From Marinicellulosiphila megalodicopiae (GTDB lineage Bacteria > Pseudomonadota > Gammaproteobacteria > Pseudomonadales > Natronospirillaceae), in contig NZ_AP023087.1 in NCBI RefSeq assembly GCF_045862395.1, forward strand, positions 196,744 through 228,743: a stretch of 32,000 nucleotides of DNA. Reading direction: 5' to 3'. The notes beneath the pieces are model-generated. The model was not told the origin of the DNA and did not search any database. It was given only the letters and a program-made list of their open reading frames with translations. Positions 23,166-32,000 of the stretch are shown here, piece by piece. The position numbers and the translations under genes were made by a program. The first letter of the stretch is position 1. Every line of letters begins with the position of its first letter.

Positions 23166-23576
23166 ATGCCAAAAATGATATTTATAAATTTACCAGTCGT
23201 TAATTTAGAGGTCTCAATTGCGTTTTATGAATCCATTGGGTTTACAAATAATAAAAATTTCACCGATGACACCGCAGCATGTATGGTTTGGAGTGAATCC
23301 ATAAATGTAATGTTATTAACCCATGAAAAATGGAAGACATTTACAGCGCGTCCAATCCCCCCAACGACCTCAAGCGAAGTACTACTTGCATTGTCGTTTG
23401 AGAGTCGTGACGACGTTGATCGTATTAATGAAATTGCAGCACAAAATGGAGGTGTTGCGGATATTAATCCTGTTCAGGATTTGGGATTTATGTATAACCG
23501 AAATATTACAGATTTAGACGGGCATGTTTGGGAAATCATGTGGATGGATCCTGCTGCTTTTCCTGCAGAAAGTTAA
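23166..23576 (+). CDS. VOC-family (glyoxalase/bleomycin-resistance fold) protein
   Basis: 136 aa. IFINLPVVNLEVSIAFYESIGF and DLDGHVWEIMWMDP are typical of this fold. Confidence 0.7.
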   Translation: MPKMIFINLPVVNLEVSIAFYESIGFTNNKNFTDDTAACMVWSESINVMLLTHEKWKTFTARPIPPTTSSEVLLALSFESRDDVDRINEIAAQNGGVADINPVQDLGFMYNRNITDLDGHVWEIMWMDPAAFPAES

Positions 23577-23614
23577 TGCTACCTCTTTGTTATGAAGATT
23601 ATTGAAAATCCAAA

Positions 23615-23767
23615 AGTATTGTCAAGACACACTGATTAGCTAATCCCAAAAGAAGTATTGTCAAGACACACTGATTAGCTAATCCCAAAAAGTATTGTCA
23701 AGAAGTATTGTCAAGACACACTGATTAGCTAATCCCAAAAAGTACTAGCAAGACACACTAAATAAGC
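23615..23767. repeat. tandem array of ~37-39-bp repeats upstream of the transposase (REP-like)
   Basis: AGTATTGTCAAGACACACTGATTAGCTAATCCCAAAA(GA) at 23615, 23654 and 23704, plus a 13-bp partial copy (23691) and a degenerate copy (23741). Each unit contains the 12-bp perfect palindrome GATTAGCTAATC. Confidence 0.9.
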
Positions 23768-23867
23768 AACAAAACGACACAAAACAAAAAAAGCAATTCA
23801 ATCATCTTAATCTATTCTTTAAATATGATTAAAGAAATCGATAAATGAATCTTTAAGAGGATGAATA

Positions 23868-24875
23868 ATGCCAATAGCCAGAAGTAAACTCGTATCTGTA
23901 GAGGCGACGCCATTTTACCATTTGATAAGCCGTTGCTGTAGGCAGTGCTACATTTTGGGTAAGGATGCAGTGACTAAAAAGGATTATTCACACAGACAAG
24001 AATGGATTGAAAATCGATTAGAAGAATTGCCCTCGATATTTAATATAAAAGTAGCATCCTATGCGATCATGTCAAATCATTTTCACCTAGTGGTGTTTGT
24101 AGATAAAGACGAGTCGAGTAAATTATCGGATTTACAAGTCATTGAGCGCTGGCATAAAATTTATAATGGCACAGTATTAACTCAAAAATATGCCAAAGGT
24201 GAGCTTTTATCAGAAATTGAGATGGATTTGGTAAAAGAGCGAGCGGATGAGTTTCGCAGTCGACTAATGGACTTAGGTTGGTTCATGAAATGCATTAATG
24301 AGCCATTAGCACGAAGCGCCAATCGAGAAGATAATTGCACAGGAAAATTCTGGGAAGGTCGTTTCAAGTCTCAAGCATTGCTTGATGAAAAAGCATTATT
24401 AGCCTGTATGGCATATGTGGATCTCAATCCAGTGCGCGCAAAAATGGCAAAAACACCAGAAAAATCAGCACATACCAGCATCAAAAAACGCATCGAACAA
24501 TCATTAAAAACAAATAAGCCAAATAATCAAACAGAGCAAGTCAAAGGTCTTTTAAACTTTGTAAGTCAATCAAGGCAAGATATGCCTAAAGGGATTCCAT
24601 GCAAACTGACAAGCTATATTGAATTAGTAGAATGGACAGGAAGGCAGTCCAGAAAAGGAAAAGCAGGTAAAATTGATTCAGATATACCAGAACTTATGCA
24701 GCGACTCAATATAGATCCAGTTAAGTGGGCACATATTACCTCAAATTTCGAATCAAGTTTTAAAGGCATTGTGGGTGAATCGTTATCCATAATAGAAACA
24801 GTCAAAAACTTTGGGCGAGAGCGTGCATTAAACGTATCAAACTGCTTGTATTATTTTGGAAAACAAAAAAAATAG
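23868..24875 (+). mobile_element. IS200/RAYT-like HUH-Y1 transposase gene (335 aa)
   Basis: HUH motif MSNHFHLVVF. Catalytic-Tyr motif ACMAYVDLNPVRAKMA (Y-x3-NPVRA). SD AAGAGGA upstream. Flanked on both sides by related repeats in inverted orientation. Confidence 0.8.
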
Positions 24876-25745
24876 AAAAAACATATCGAGCTTCAATCAC
24901 AAATACTAGTTTTTCGGAATTAGAAAATCCATATGTCTGAGAATTGACAAATCTGAATGTATTTTAAAATTTCATGTTCGTTATTGGTAAAAATTTAGAA
25001 TGTATAAATAATGCTAGAATTGTAGGGATATAGTGATTTATTAATTGCTTTGATTCTTAAGTCAGTATGTCTTTGCAAGTTCTCTTTGATTCTTAATTCA
25101 GTCTGTCTTAGCAAGTTCTTATAATAGAAACAGTCAAAAACTTTGGGCGAGAGCGTGCATTAAACGTATCAAACTGCTTGTATTATTTTGGAAAACAAAA
25201 AAATTAGAAAAAACATATCGAGCTTCAATCACAAATACTAGTTTTTCGGAATTAGAAAATCCGTATGTCTGAAAATTGACAAATCTGAATGTATTTTAAA
25301 ATTTCATGTTCGTTATTGGTAAAAATTTAGAATTTATAAATAATGCTAGAATTGTAGGGATATAGTGTTTATTAATTGTTTTGATTCTTAATTCAGTCTG
25401 TCTTTGCAAGTTCTCTAGAATTGTAGGGATATAGTGTTTATTAATTGTTTTGATTCTTAATTCAGTCTGTCTTTGCAAGTTCTTTTTAAAATTTCATGTC
25501 CGTTATTGGTAAAAATTTAGAATTTATAAATAATGCTAGAATTGTAGGGATATAGTGATTTATTAATTGCTTTGATTCTTAATTCAGTCTGTCTTTGCAA
25601 GTTCTTGTTAATTCAGTATGTCTTAGCAAGTTCTTAGTGATTTATTAATTGCTTTGATTCTTAATTCAGTCTGTCTTTGCAAGTTCTTGTTAATTCAGTA
25701 TGTCTTAGCAAGTTCCTTAGCAAGTTCTTTAGCAAGTTCTTGTCT
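24876..25745. repeat. complex nested direct-repeat region downstream of the transposase
   Basis: A core ~27-30-bp unit GATTCTTAATTCAGTCTGTCTTTGCAAGTT recurs at least 8 times (near 25062, 25088, 25383, 25453, 25575, 25608, 25657 and 25690). Larger blocks also repeat (TAGAATTGTAGGGATATAGTG..., TTTTAAAATTTCATGT.CGTTATTGGTAAAAATTTAGAAT). A ~295-bp block at 24789-25084 is repeated at 25121-25414. Confidence 0.9.
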
Positions 25746-25808
25746 TTTTATAACGATAACAGGTAAAAAATATTTATTGATATCTACATTTTATTGTTTG
25801 TCAGTTAA

Positions 25809-26231
25809 TTAAACGGATATCAGTTTTTGAGATTTATGATTGTGTTTAACATTTGTGTGTCTAATAAATGTATTTGCATTAAAGCCTGTATCACTGGTGA
25901 ATTCAAAATCACCATTTATATTAAATTCAATATTAAAAAATAAAATCTGGCTAAATGCCGTGCAACGTAACGTGAAATTGATGTAGTCATCACCAAATGA
26001 ATTGACTTTGTGTAGTCGTAAAGGCAACGCGAGATTAAATTTCACTTTTAACCAGTTAATCAGTTTAAAGGTAGCTCGATTGATTAGGCTTTGTTGAGCT
26101 TCGCAATACAGTGCTATCATTGATTGGTGAGGCAAAGCCAATTCAATTGAATTCAATATATTTAAAGTATCAAGTTCTTCGGAAATATTTATGAGTGGGC
26201 TGTTATTATTTGAATAAATGATGATATTCAC
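25809..26231 (-). CDS. hypothetical protein
   Basis: 140-aa ORF with a GTG start and no clear SD. No recognisable motif. Same strand as the HPt-HD-GYP gene and 86 nt downstream of it. Confidence 0.4.
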   Translation of the reverse strand: MNIIIYSNNNSPLINISEELDTLNILNSIELALPHQSMIALYCEAQQSLINRATFKLINWLKVKFNLALPLRLHKVNSFGDDYINFTLRCTAFSQILFFNIEFNINGDFEFTSDTGFNANTFIRHTNVKHNHKSQKLISV

Positions 26232-26317
26232 TATGCATTGAAAGTAAATGTATCTCTATTGTAATAAAATGCGCATAGTATGTAAATATTTTATATTTTT
26301 TATATGGGTGTCGTAAA

Positions 26318-27403
26318 TTAATGTATGTATAACGATGTGATCAAGCGTTCAACCCAAAATGCACTAAATTGCTGATTTGATAGTTTACTGAGTTCAACCA
26401 ATGCACGTTTTACAGGTCTCTGATAATCGGACTTATAATAATGTCCATGTGTAATCGCTTCATAAGCATGAATAATAGACAGACACATAGCGCCAGGGTG
26501 AATATCGTTTTCAGTCAGACCTTTAGGGTAACCTAGACCGTTGACCCATTCGTGATGCTCATGCAAAATTCTTGAGGCTTGCTGCCAATGCTCGCTTTGG
26601 GATAATAAAAAACTACAGGCATAAACATGTGCTTTGATTTGTTTTTTTTCATTTTGGGTCATGGGCTGTTCGCGAGATAGCAATTTGATAGGCAAAAACG
26701 ACATCGCAATATCATGTGTATAAATAGCCGCTGCTATTTGTTCAAAATCAAAATCGTATTGGCTGCCGTCTAGCATTCTATGCGCAAGATTGAGTAATCG
26801 ATTGGTTCGTCCTTTCCATTGAGGCATTCTATTTTCGACGCTAGGAATTAAATTGGCAAAATAAGTTAAATCAGGATATTGCTCAGGAAACTGATTGTGA
26901 AGCATCGATTCTTCTATTTCTATTAATGAAGGTTGGTTGTGATTCAACAGAGCAAGGGCTTTGAGAATTTGTAACTCAGGGTCGCTATGGGTTGATATTT
27001 TATTGATTTGTATTCCAACATCTTCATAAAGTTTTGCGTCATAAAACACAGTCTCCGACTCAAGTGAGTCATTTAAAAATGTTTTAACATGATCAAGTAA
27101 TAATAACGAAAGATCGCCAATTTTAGGATTAAATTCAAGCTCACCTTGTCGAACCAAACTTAAAACGTCTTCTAATTCTTGTAATACAGGAATTAACGGC
27201 GGTAATTGTGCAATACTTAAATTGCCTTTAACTGTGTGGATATTTCTAAATAGTGCGCTGAGCTTTTCAGTCTCTTTAGGTTGATGCTCCAATTCAATAA
27301 TTAAATTTTCAGCATCTGCTAAATTTTCATGAAATTCTTCATGCAGGTTTTGCAGTAACTCTTGATTTAACTGTTCAGTTCTAAATTCTAACATTGTATG
27401 CAT
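26318..27403 (-). CDS. HPt-domain / HD-GYP-domain fusion protein (putative c-di-GMP phosphodiesterase or degenerate sensor)
   Basis: N-terminal LSALFRNIHTVKGNLSIAQL is an HPt phospho-His motif (HxxKG). The C-terminal part has YTHDIAMSF ... IKAHVYACSFLL ... HEHHEWVNGLGYPKGL (HD-GYP signature HHExxxGxGYPxGL). The start may be the second ATG (27394), which has better spacing from GGTGGTGGA. Confidence 0.7.
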   Translation of the reverse strand: MHTMLEFRTEQLNQELLQNLHEEFHENLADAENLIIELEHQPKETEKLSALFRNIHTVKGNLSIAQLPPLIPVLQELEDVLSLVRQGELEFNPKIGDLSLLLLDHVKTFLNDSLESETVFYDAKLYEDVGIQINKISTHSDPELQILKALALLNHNQPSLIEIEESMLHNQFPEQYPDLTYFANLIPSVENRMPQWKGRTNRLLNLAHRMLDGSQYDFDFEQIAAAIYTHDIAMSFLPIKLLSREQPMTQNEKKQIKAHVYACSFLLSQSEHWQQASRILHEHHEWVNGLGYPKGLTENDIHPGAMCLSIIHAYEAITHGHYYKSDYQRPVKRALVELSKLSNQQFSAFWVERLITSLYIH

Positions 27404-27730
27404 TCCACCACCGAGTCAACTTTAGTGTAGTTGTAACCCATTGCTTGGTCGTAAATTTTTGTAAAATATCAAGTTGTTAAAAAGTTATGTTTTCATGCCA
27501 TGAATTGAGAAATTCGATTTGGCCTTAGATGAATTTTAAATAATTTGAACTTAGTATGATTTTTGACATATTTATATATATTTTACGTTTATTTTTTGAC
27601 GAAATTCATTTAGTTGTCTACTTTTTATTATGATTAAACATCACTTATTTTCAAAAATAGGATCAGCGCATCCATCACTCTGTGGCATTTAAATCATTGT
27701 ATTTACGCAAATTTTTTTATAGGGATCAAA

Positions 27731-28990
27731 ATGAATTTTAAAAACACACTCTTAAGTATTTCCGTTTTAGCCGCCTCGACAATGAGTGCAAATATAGCCA
27801 ATGCAGCCGAAGTTGAAGTATTGCATTGGTGGACATCAGGTGGGGAGGCTAAGTCTATCTCGGTATTAAAAGATATGGTGCAGGTCGAAGGCCATGTTTG
27901 GAAAGATTTTGCAGTAGCAGGGGGCGGGGGAGAAAATGCAAAAACTGTTTTACGCTCACGTGTGGTGTCTGGTAATCCACCTACGTCTGCGCAAATAAAA
28001 GGTCTAGAAATTCAAGAGTGGGGCGAGCTTGGATTTTTAGCGGATTTATCTTCTGTTGCTAAAGCAAATAAATGGGATGCAATTTTACCGTCTGTGGTAT
28101 CAGATGTTATGAAGTACGAGGGTAAGTACGTTGCAGCCCCCGTTAATGTGCATCGTGTCAATTGGATGTGGGCAAATCCTGAAGTCTTTAAAAAAGCAGG
28201 CGTAGAAATTCCAACCACTCTACCAGAGCTATGGATGGCCGCTGATAAGATTAAAGCAGCAGGGTTTACCGCCATTGCGCATGGTGGCCAACCATGGCAA
28301 GACTTAACCACATTTGAGTCAATTGTATTGGCAGTTGGCGGCGCTGAATTTTTTGATCAAGCATTTGTTAAACATGATCCAAAAGCATTATCTAGTGCAA
28401 CTATGGTCAAAGCGTTTGATGAGTTTAGAAAGGTGAATCAATATTTGGATAATGGGTTTTCAGGTCGTGATTGGAACGTTGCAACGTCGATGGTCATTAA
28501 AGGTGAAGCAGCCATGCAATTTATGGGTGACTGGGCAAAAGGGGAATTTACCGCGGCAGGAAAAATGCCTGGTAAAGATTATGAGTGTCTAGCTTTTCCT
28601 GGAACAGAAGGCGAATTCACCTTTAATATCGATTCATTAGCCATGTTTAAGCAGAAAGACTCGAAAAAAGAAGCGGCACAAAATGTAATGGCGCAGCTTG
28701 TATTATCAGAGAAATTCCAAGATGTGTTTAATATGAACAAAGGCTCTATTCCTGCAAGAACCGATCAAGACATGTCAGGATTTGATAGTTGTGCTAAAGC
28801 ATCAATGAATACATTTAAACAAACAGCCTCAATGAAAAAAGGTTTGGTGCCTTCTATGGCGCACGGCATGTCGACCACTGCGGCGATTCAAGGGGCAATC
28901 TCTGATGTTGTTACTGAATTTTTTAATAGCGATATGAGCTCCAAAGAAGCCGTTGAAAAATTAGCACGATCAGTGAAAGCTGAAATGTAA
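27731..28990 (+). CDS. gtsA: glucose/mannose-type ABC transporter substrate-binding protein (GtsA-like)
   Basis: Signal peptide ..ANIANA/AE. VEVLHWWTSGGEAKS, GNPPTSAQIKG, APVNVHRVNW.WANPEVFKKAG and AHGGQPWQD align closely with Pseudomonas GtsA as I recall it. SD AGGGA upstream. Confidence 0.8.
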   Translation: MNFKNTLLSISVLAASTMSANIANAAEVEVLHWWTSGGEAKSISVLKDMVQVEGHVWKDFAVAGGGGENAKTVLRSRVVSGNPPTSAQIKGLEIQEWGELGFLADLSSVAKANKWDAILPSVVSDVMKYEGKYVAAPVNVHRVNWMWANPEVFKKAGVEIPTTLPELWMAADKIKAAGFTAIAHGGQPWQDLTTFESIVLAVGGAEFFDQAFVKHDPKALSSATMVKAFDEFRKVNQYLDNGFSGRDWNVATSMVIKGEAAMQFMGDWAKGEFTAAGKMPGKDYECLAFPGTEGEFTFNIDSLAMFKQKDSKKEAAQNVMAQLVLSEKFQDVFNMNKGSIPARTDQDMSGFDSCAKASMNTFKQTASMKKGLVPSMAHGMSTTAAIQGAISDVVTEFFNSDMSSKEAVEKLARSVKAEM

Positions 28991-29004
28991 AAAAATAATT
29001 AATG

Positions 29005-29034
29005 AAAAAGGCCAGTTAATCTGGCCTTTTATTT
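29005..29034 (+). terminator. intercistronic hairpin/attenuator after the binding-protein gene
   Basis: AGGCCAG-ttaat-CTGGCCT followed by TTTTATTT, 15 nt after the stop and 46 nt before the next ATG. Confidence 0.7.
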
Positions 29035-29079
29035 GTCCGTATATTTTTTTAACGGTAGTCGATAAAAAATGGAATCAAT

Positions 29080-30003
29080 ATGACTTCAAATCAAAGTGTC
29101 CGCATTCCCAAAAAAAGACGTGGCTTGGGCGATGTTTTAGAAACATGGTTACCGAAAATAGTCATGTCACCGTCGCTAGTCTTAACTGTAGTTTTTATTT
29201 ATGGTTTTATTATTTGGACGTCGGTTTTATCTTTTACAAAATCAAGAATGTTACCTCAATATGAGTTTGTTGGTTTTGATCAATATGTAAAATTATTTCA
29301 AAATGATCGCTGGATGGATGCCTTACAAAATTTGGCAGTATTTGGCATATTATTTATTGCAATTTGTTTAGTTTTAGGATTGTTTCTTGCAATTCTATTG
29401 GATCAAAAAATCCGTGGTGAAGGGTTTATTCGAACAATTTATTTATACCCAATGGCGTTATCTTTTATTGTGACAGGCACTGTATGGAAATGGATACTAA
29501 ATCCTTCTGTTGGGCTTGAGAATTTCTTTCAATCGATAGGATTTGAAAATTTTGAATTTGATTGGTTAGTTAATCCTGATAAAGCCATTTACACTGTTGT
29601 GATTGCAGGAGTGTGGCAGTCATCAGGTTTTGTGATGGCATTATTTTTAGCTGGGCTTCGAAGTGTAGATGAATCCATTATTAAAGCCGCTCAAATAGAT
29701 GGCGCAAGTTTAAGCACTATTTATATCCGTATTATTATTCCTTCGTTGGGTCCTGTGTTTTTCTCTGCTGTGATTATGCTTGCGCATATTGCAATTAAAT
29801 CCTTTGATTTAGTTATGGCATTGACTGGAGGAGGGCCTGGAAATTCAACAGATGTTCCTGCTATTTTTATGTATCAATTTTCTTTTACTCGTTCGCGTAT
29901 TGGAATGGGAGCGGCCAGTGCTGTTGTAATGTTAATGGGTATTATCAGTATTTTAGTCCCATTTTTATATTCTCAATTAAGGAGTAAAAAAGATGAATAC
30001 TAA
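29080..30003 (+). CDS. gtsB: sugar ABC transporter permease (MalF/UgpA type, GtsB-like)
   Basis: 6-TM pattern. EAA loop IIKAAQIDGASLSTIYIRIIIPSLGP. Confidence 0.8.
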   Translation: MTSNQSVRIPKKRRGLGDVLETWLPKIVMSPSLVLTVVFIYGFIIWTSVLSFTKSRMLPQYEFVGFDQYVKLFQNDRWMDALQNLAVFGILFIAICLVLGLFLAILLDQKIRGEGFIRTIYLYPMALSFIVTGTVWKWILNPSVGLENFFQSIGFENFEFDWLVNPDKAIYTVVIAGVWQSSGFVMALFLAGLRSVDESIIKAAQIDGASLSTIYIRIIIPSLGPVFFSAVIMLAHIAIKSFDLVMALTGGGPGNSTDVPAIFMYQFSFTRSRIGMGAASAVVMLMGIISILVPFLYSQLRSKKDEY

Positions 30004-30859
30004 ATATAAAAAAATCACAAAACGATCATTACTGTATGCATTAATTATTGTAATAGCCGCTTATTATTTATTGCCATTGATCTTAATGGTGGTGACATCA
30101 TTTCGATCGATGGAAGAAATAAGAATAGGACAGTTAATTCAATGGCCGAAATCGTTTAATTTTGATGCGTGGTCTCAAGCGTGGAATGAAGCGCAAATTG
30201 GAGCAAGAGAAGACAAAGGGCTAAAACCATATTTTATTAACTCACTTTTAATTGTGATTCCAGCGGTGGTGATCACAACCGTACTTGGTGCAATTAACGG
30301 ATATGTATTAAGTTTTTGGAAATTTAAAGGCAGTGAAATAGTGTTTGCTTTGATTTTATTTGGTTGTTTTATTCCCTTCCAAGCTATTTTATTACCTATG
30401 TCTCAATCGTTAGGTCGCATGGGAATTTCAGGATCCATCTATGGTTTGATTTTTGTGCATGTCATTTATGGACTGCCGTTTACAACATTATTTTTTAGAA
30501 ATTATTATATTTCAATTCCTGTTGAATTAATCAAGGCAGCAAAATTAGATGGAGCAGGGTTTTTAAGGATTTTCTTTAGAATTATTTTTCCATTAAGTAC
30601 GCCAATCATTGTGGTCAGTGTGATTTGGCAATTTACCCAAATCTGGAATGATTTCTTATTTGGCGTTACTTTTAGTGATCCAGATTCTCAACCTGTAACT
30701 GTCGGTTTAAATAATCTAGTAAACAGTTCAACAGGTGAAAAACGTTACAATGTAGATATGGCAGGTGCCATTATTGCTGCATTGCCTACCATCATTGTTT
30801 ATGTGCTTGCAGGTAAATATTTTGTACGCGGTTTAAGTGCCGGTTCAGTAAAGGGATAA
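29993..30859 (+). CDS. gtsC: sugar ABC transporter permease (MalG/UgpE type, GtsC-like)
   Basis: Overlaps gtsB by 11 nt; SD AAGGAG upstream. EAA loop LIKAAKLDGAGFLRIFFRIIFPLSTP. Confidence 0.8.
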   Translation: MNTKYKKITKRSLLYALIIVIAAYYLLPLILMVVTSFRSMEEIRIGQLIQWPKSFNFDAWSQAWNEAQIGAREDKGLKPYFINSLLIVIPAVVITTVLGAINGYVLSFWKFKGSEIVFALILFGCFIPFQAILLPMSQSLGRMGISGSIYGLIFVHVIYGLPFTTLFFRNYYISIPVELIKAAKLDGAGFLRIFFRIIFPLSTPIIVVSVIWQFTQIWNDFLFGVTFSDPDSQPVTVGLNNLVNSSTGEKRYNVDMAGAIIAALPTIIVYVLAGKYFVRGLSAGSVKG

Positions 30860-30863
30860 AAAA

Positions 30864-31973
30864 ATGGCTTCATTAACAATTAAAAATGTGACAAAAACCT
30901 ACAGTGCTAACCCAATTTTAAAAGGCATTGATTTAGAAATTAATGACAGTGAATTTATTATTTTAGTCGGGCCATCTGGTTGTGGAAAATCAACATTATT
31001 AAATAGTATTGCAGGGTTAGAAGATATTACATCAGGTGAAATATTAATTGATGATGAATTAATGAATGAAGTCGCGCCTAAAGATCGTGATATAGCAATG
31101 GTATTTCAAAGTTATGCGTTATACCCAACTATGAGTGTGCGTAAAAATATTGCATTTGGCTTGGAGATTCGTAAATTCACAAAACAGCAAATCAAACAAG
31201 AAGTAGAACGCGTTGCGGATTTATTACAAATTACCAATTTATTAGATCGAAAACCGGCTCAGTTATCAGGTGGTCAACGTCAGCGAGTTGCAATGGGTCG
31301 TGCATTAGCGCGAAAACCTAAAATCTATTTATTTGATGAACCCCTTTCAAATTTGGATGCGAAACTTCGAGTTGAAATGCGTTCTGAAATTAAAAAATTA
31401 CATCAAAGATTAAAGACAACCATTGTGTATGTCACGCACGATCAAATCGAAGCAATGACTTTGGCGGATAAAATTGCCATCATGAACGAAGGTCAAGTTC
31501 AGCAATACGCAACCCCTCAAGAAGTTTATGATAACCCTGTGAATATGTTTGTAGCAGGATTTATGGGATCAGTGTCTATGAATTTTATTACCTGTAAAAT
31601 CATTGATCATTCAGGTGAGTTATTTGCATTGTGGGAGGTGAATAATAAAAAATACGAAATTAATATTCCTTCAGAAAATGACAACTTAAAAAAATACATA
31701 GACTCTGAAGTGATTGTTGGATTAAGAGCAGAGCAAATTACTCAGGTGATTCCTCATCAAATTGACGAAAAATTTTGTACTGAATTTAGTGCGATTGTGG
31801 ATGTGGTGGAACCTACAGGGGCGGACACATTAATTACATTACAAATTAATAACCAAGATGTAAATTGTCGCGTGCATCCTGAGGCGAGTCGGCCAGTAGG
31901 GGAAGTAATTAAATTAATGGTGAATACACAAAAAGTTGTATTTTTTGATGTGAAAACTGAATATAGAATTTAA
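30864..31973 (+). CDS. gtsD: sugar ABC transporter ATP-binding protein (MalK/UgpC type, GtsD-like)
   Basis: Walker A GPSGCGKST, Q-loop VFQSYALYP, signature LSGGQRQRVAMGRAL, Walker B IYLFDEPLSNLD, H-loop VTHDQ. C-terminal MalK-like regulatory domain. Confidence 0.85.
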   Translation: MASLTIKNVTKTYSANPILKGIDLEINDSEFIILVGPSGCGKSTLLNSIAGLEDITSGEILIDDELMNEVAPKDRDIAMVFQSYALYPTMSVRKNIAFGLEIRKFTKQQIKQEVERVADLLQITNLLDRKPAQLSGGQRQRVAMGRALARKPKIYLFDEPLSNLDAKLRVEMRSEIKKLHQRLKTTIVYVTHDQIEAMTLADKIAIMNEGQVQQYATPQEVYDNPVNMFVAGFMGSVSMNFITCKIIDHSGELFALWEVNNKKYEINIPSENDNLKKYIDSEVIVGLRAEQITQVIPHQIDEKFCTEFSAIVDVVEPTGADTLITLQINNQDVNCRVHPEASRPVGEVIKLMVNTQKVVFFDVKTEYRI

Positions 31974-32000
31974 AAATTGTGTTGGATTCATAAATATGAA

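Noticed and set aside
23323-23517. 64-aa ORF in an alternative frame inside the VOC gene, and similar internal ORFs (10071..10271, 10768..10962, 24182..24367, 24614..24805, 28012..28311)
   Set aside because: All are nested within or antisense to longer ORFs that have clear family motifs.
25296-25478. 60-aa minus-strand ORF with internally repeated peptide QRQTELRIKTINKHYIPTIL
   Set aside because: It is a translation artefact of the DNA direct repeats. There is no RBS and the repeat period equals the DNA repeat period.
24876-25745. Possible CRISPR array (regularly recurring ~27-36-bp repeats)
   Set aside because: The sequences between the repeats are themselves repeated blocks, not unique spacers. 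Repeat spacing is irregular, there are no cas genes in the window, and the array sits against a HUH transposase. REP/segmental duplication explains it better.

Overview
AT-rich segment (roughly mid-30s % GC, judged by eye) that looks like gammaproteobacterial chromosome. It carries RecQ, PhoX, L-LDH, MntP and a GtsABCD-like glucose/mannose ABC transporter. I count about 27 protein-coding genes and saw no rRNA, tRNA or CRISPR array. All function calls are by-eye motif recognition; no searches were run and coordinates were hand-indexed.

Left third (1-13.6 kb): recQ (partial), a small alarmone hydrolase-type HD protein, a single-domain globin, a YtrA/GntR-ABC module, a Tat-signal PhoX with a Pho box, ldh, mntP, an SRPBCC/GyrI-like protein, a YkgJ-type Cys-cluster protein bracketed by three short tandem-repeat arrays, and an orphan solute-binding lipoprotein.

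Centre (13.8-23 kb): frameshifted gene debris, then the standout feature, a tightly packed five-gene operon at 14785-20076. It encodes an OM beta-barrel protein, a TPR lipoprotein, a 643-aa membrane protein, and a MotA/MotB-type stator pair. In the 643-aa protein the periplasmic part resembles the C-terminal periplasmic portion of FliF and the cytoplasmic part resembles a complete FliG. No other flagellar, export, chemotaxis, Tol/Ton, Zorya or gliding genes lie in the window. I read this as a candidate stand-alone rotor-stator machine. It abuts, stop-to-stop with 3 nt between, a 955-aa lipoprotein built from 3 x 3 PKD-like domains.

Right third (23-32 kb): a VOC protein, then an IS200/RAYT-like HUH-Y1 transposase sitting between inverted arrays of related repeats. 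The downstream array includes a 332-bp-period duplication that copies the transposase 3' end. After that come a hypothetical gene, an HPt-HD-GYP fusion protein and the gtsABCD-like operon.
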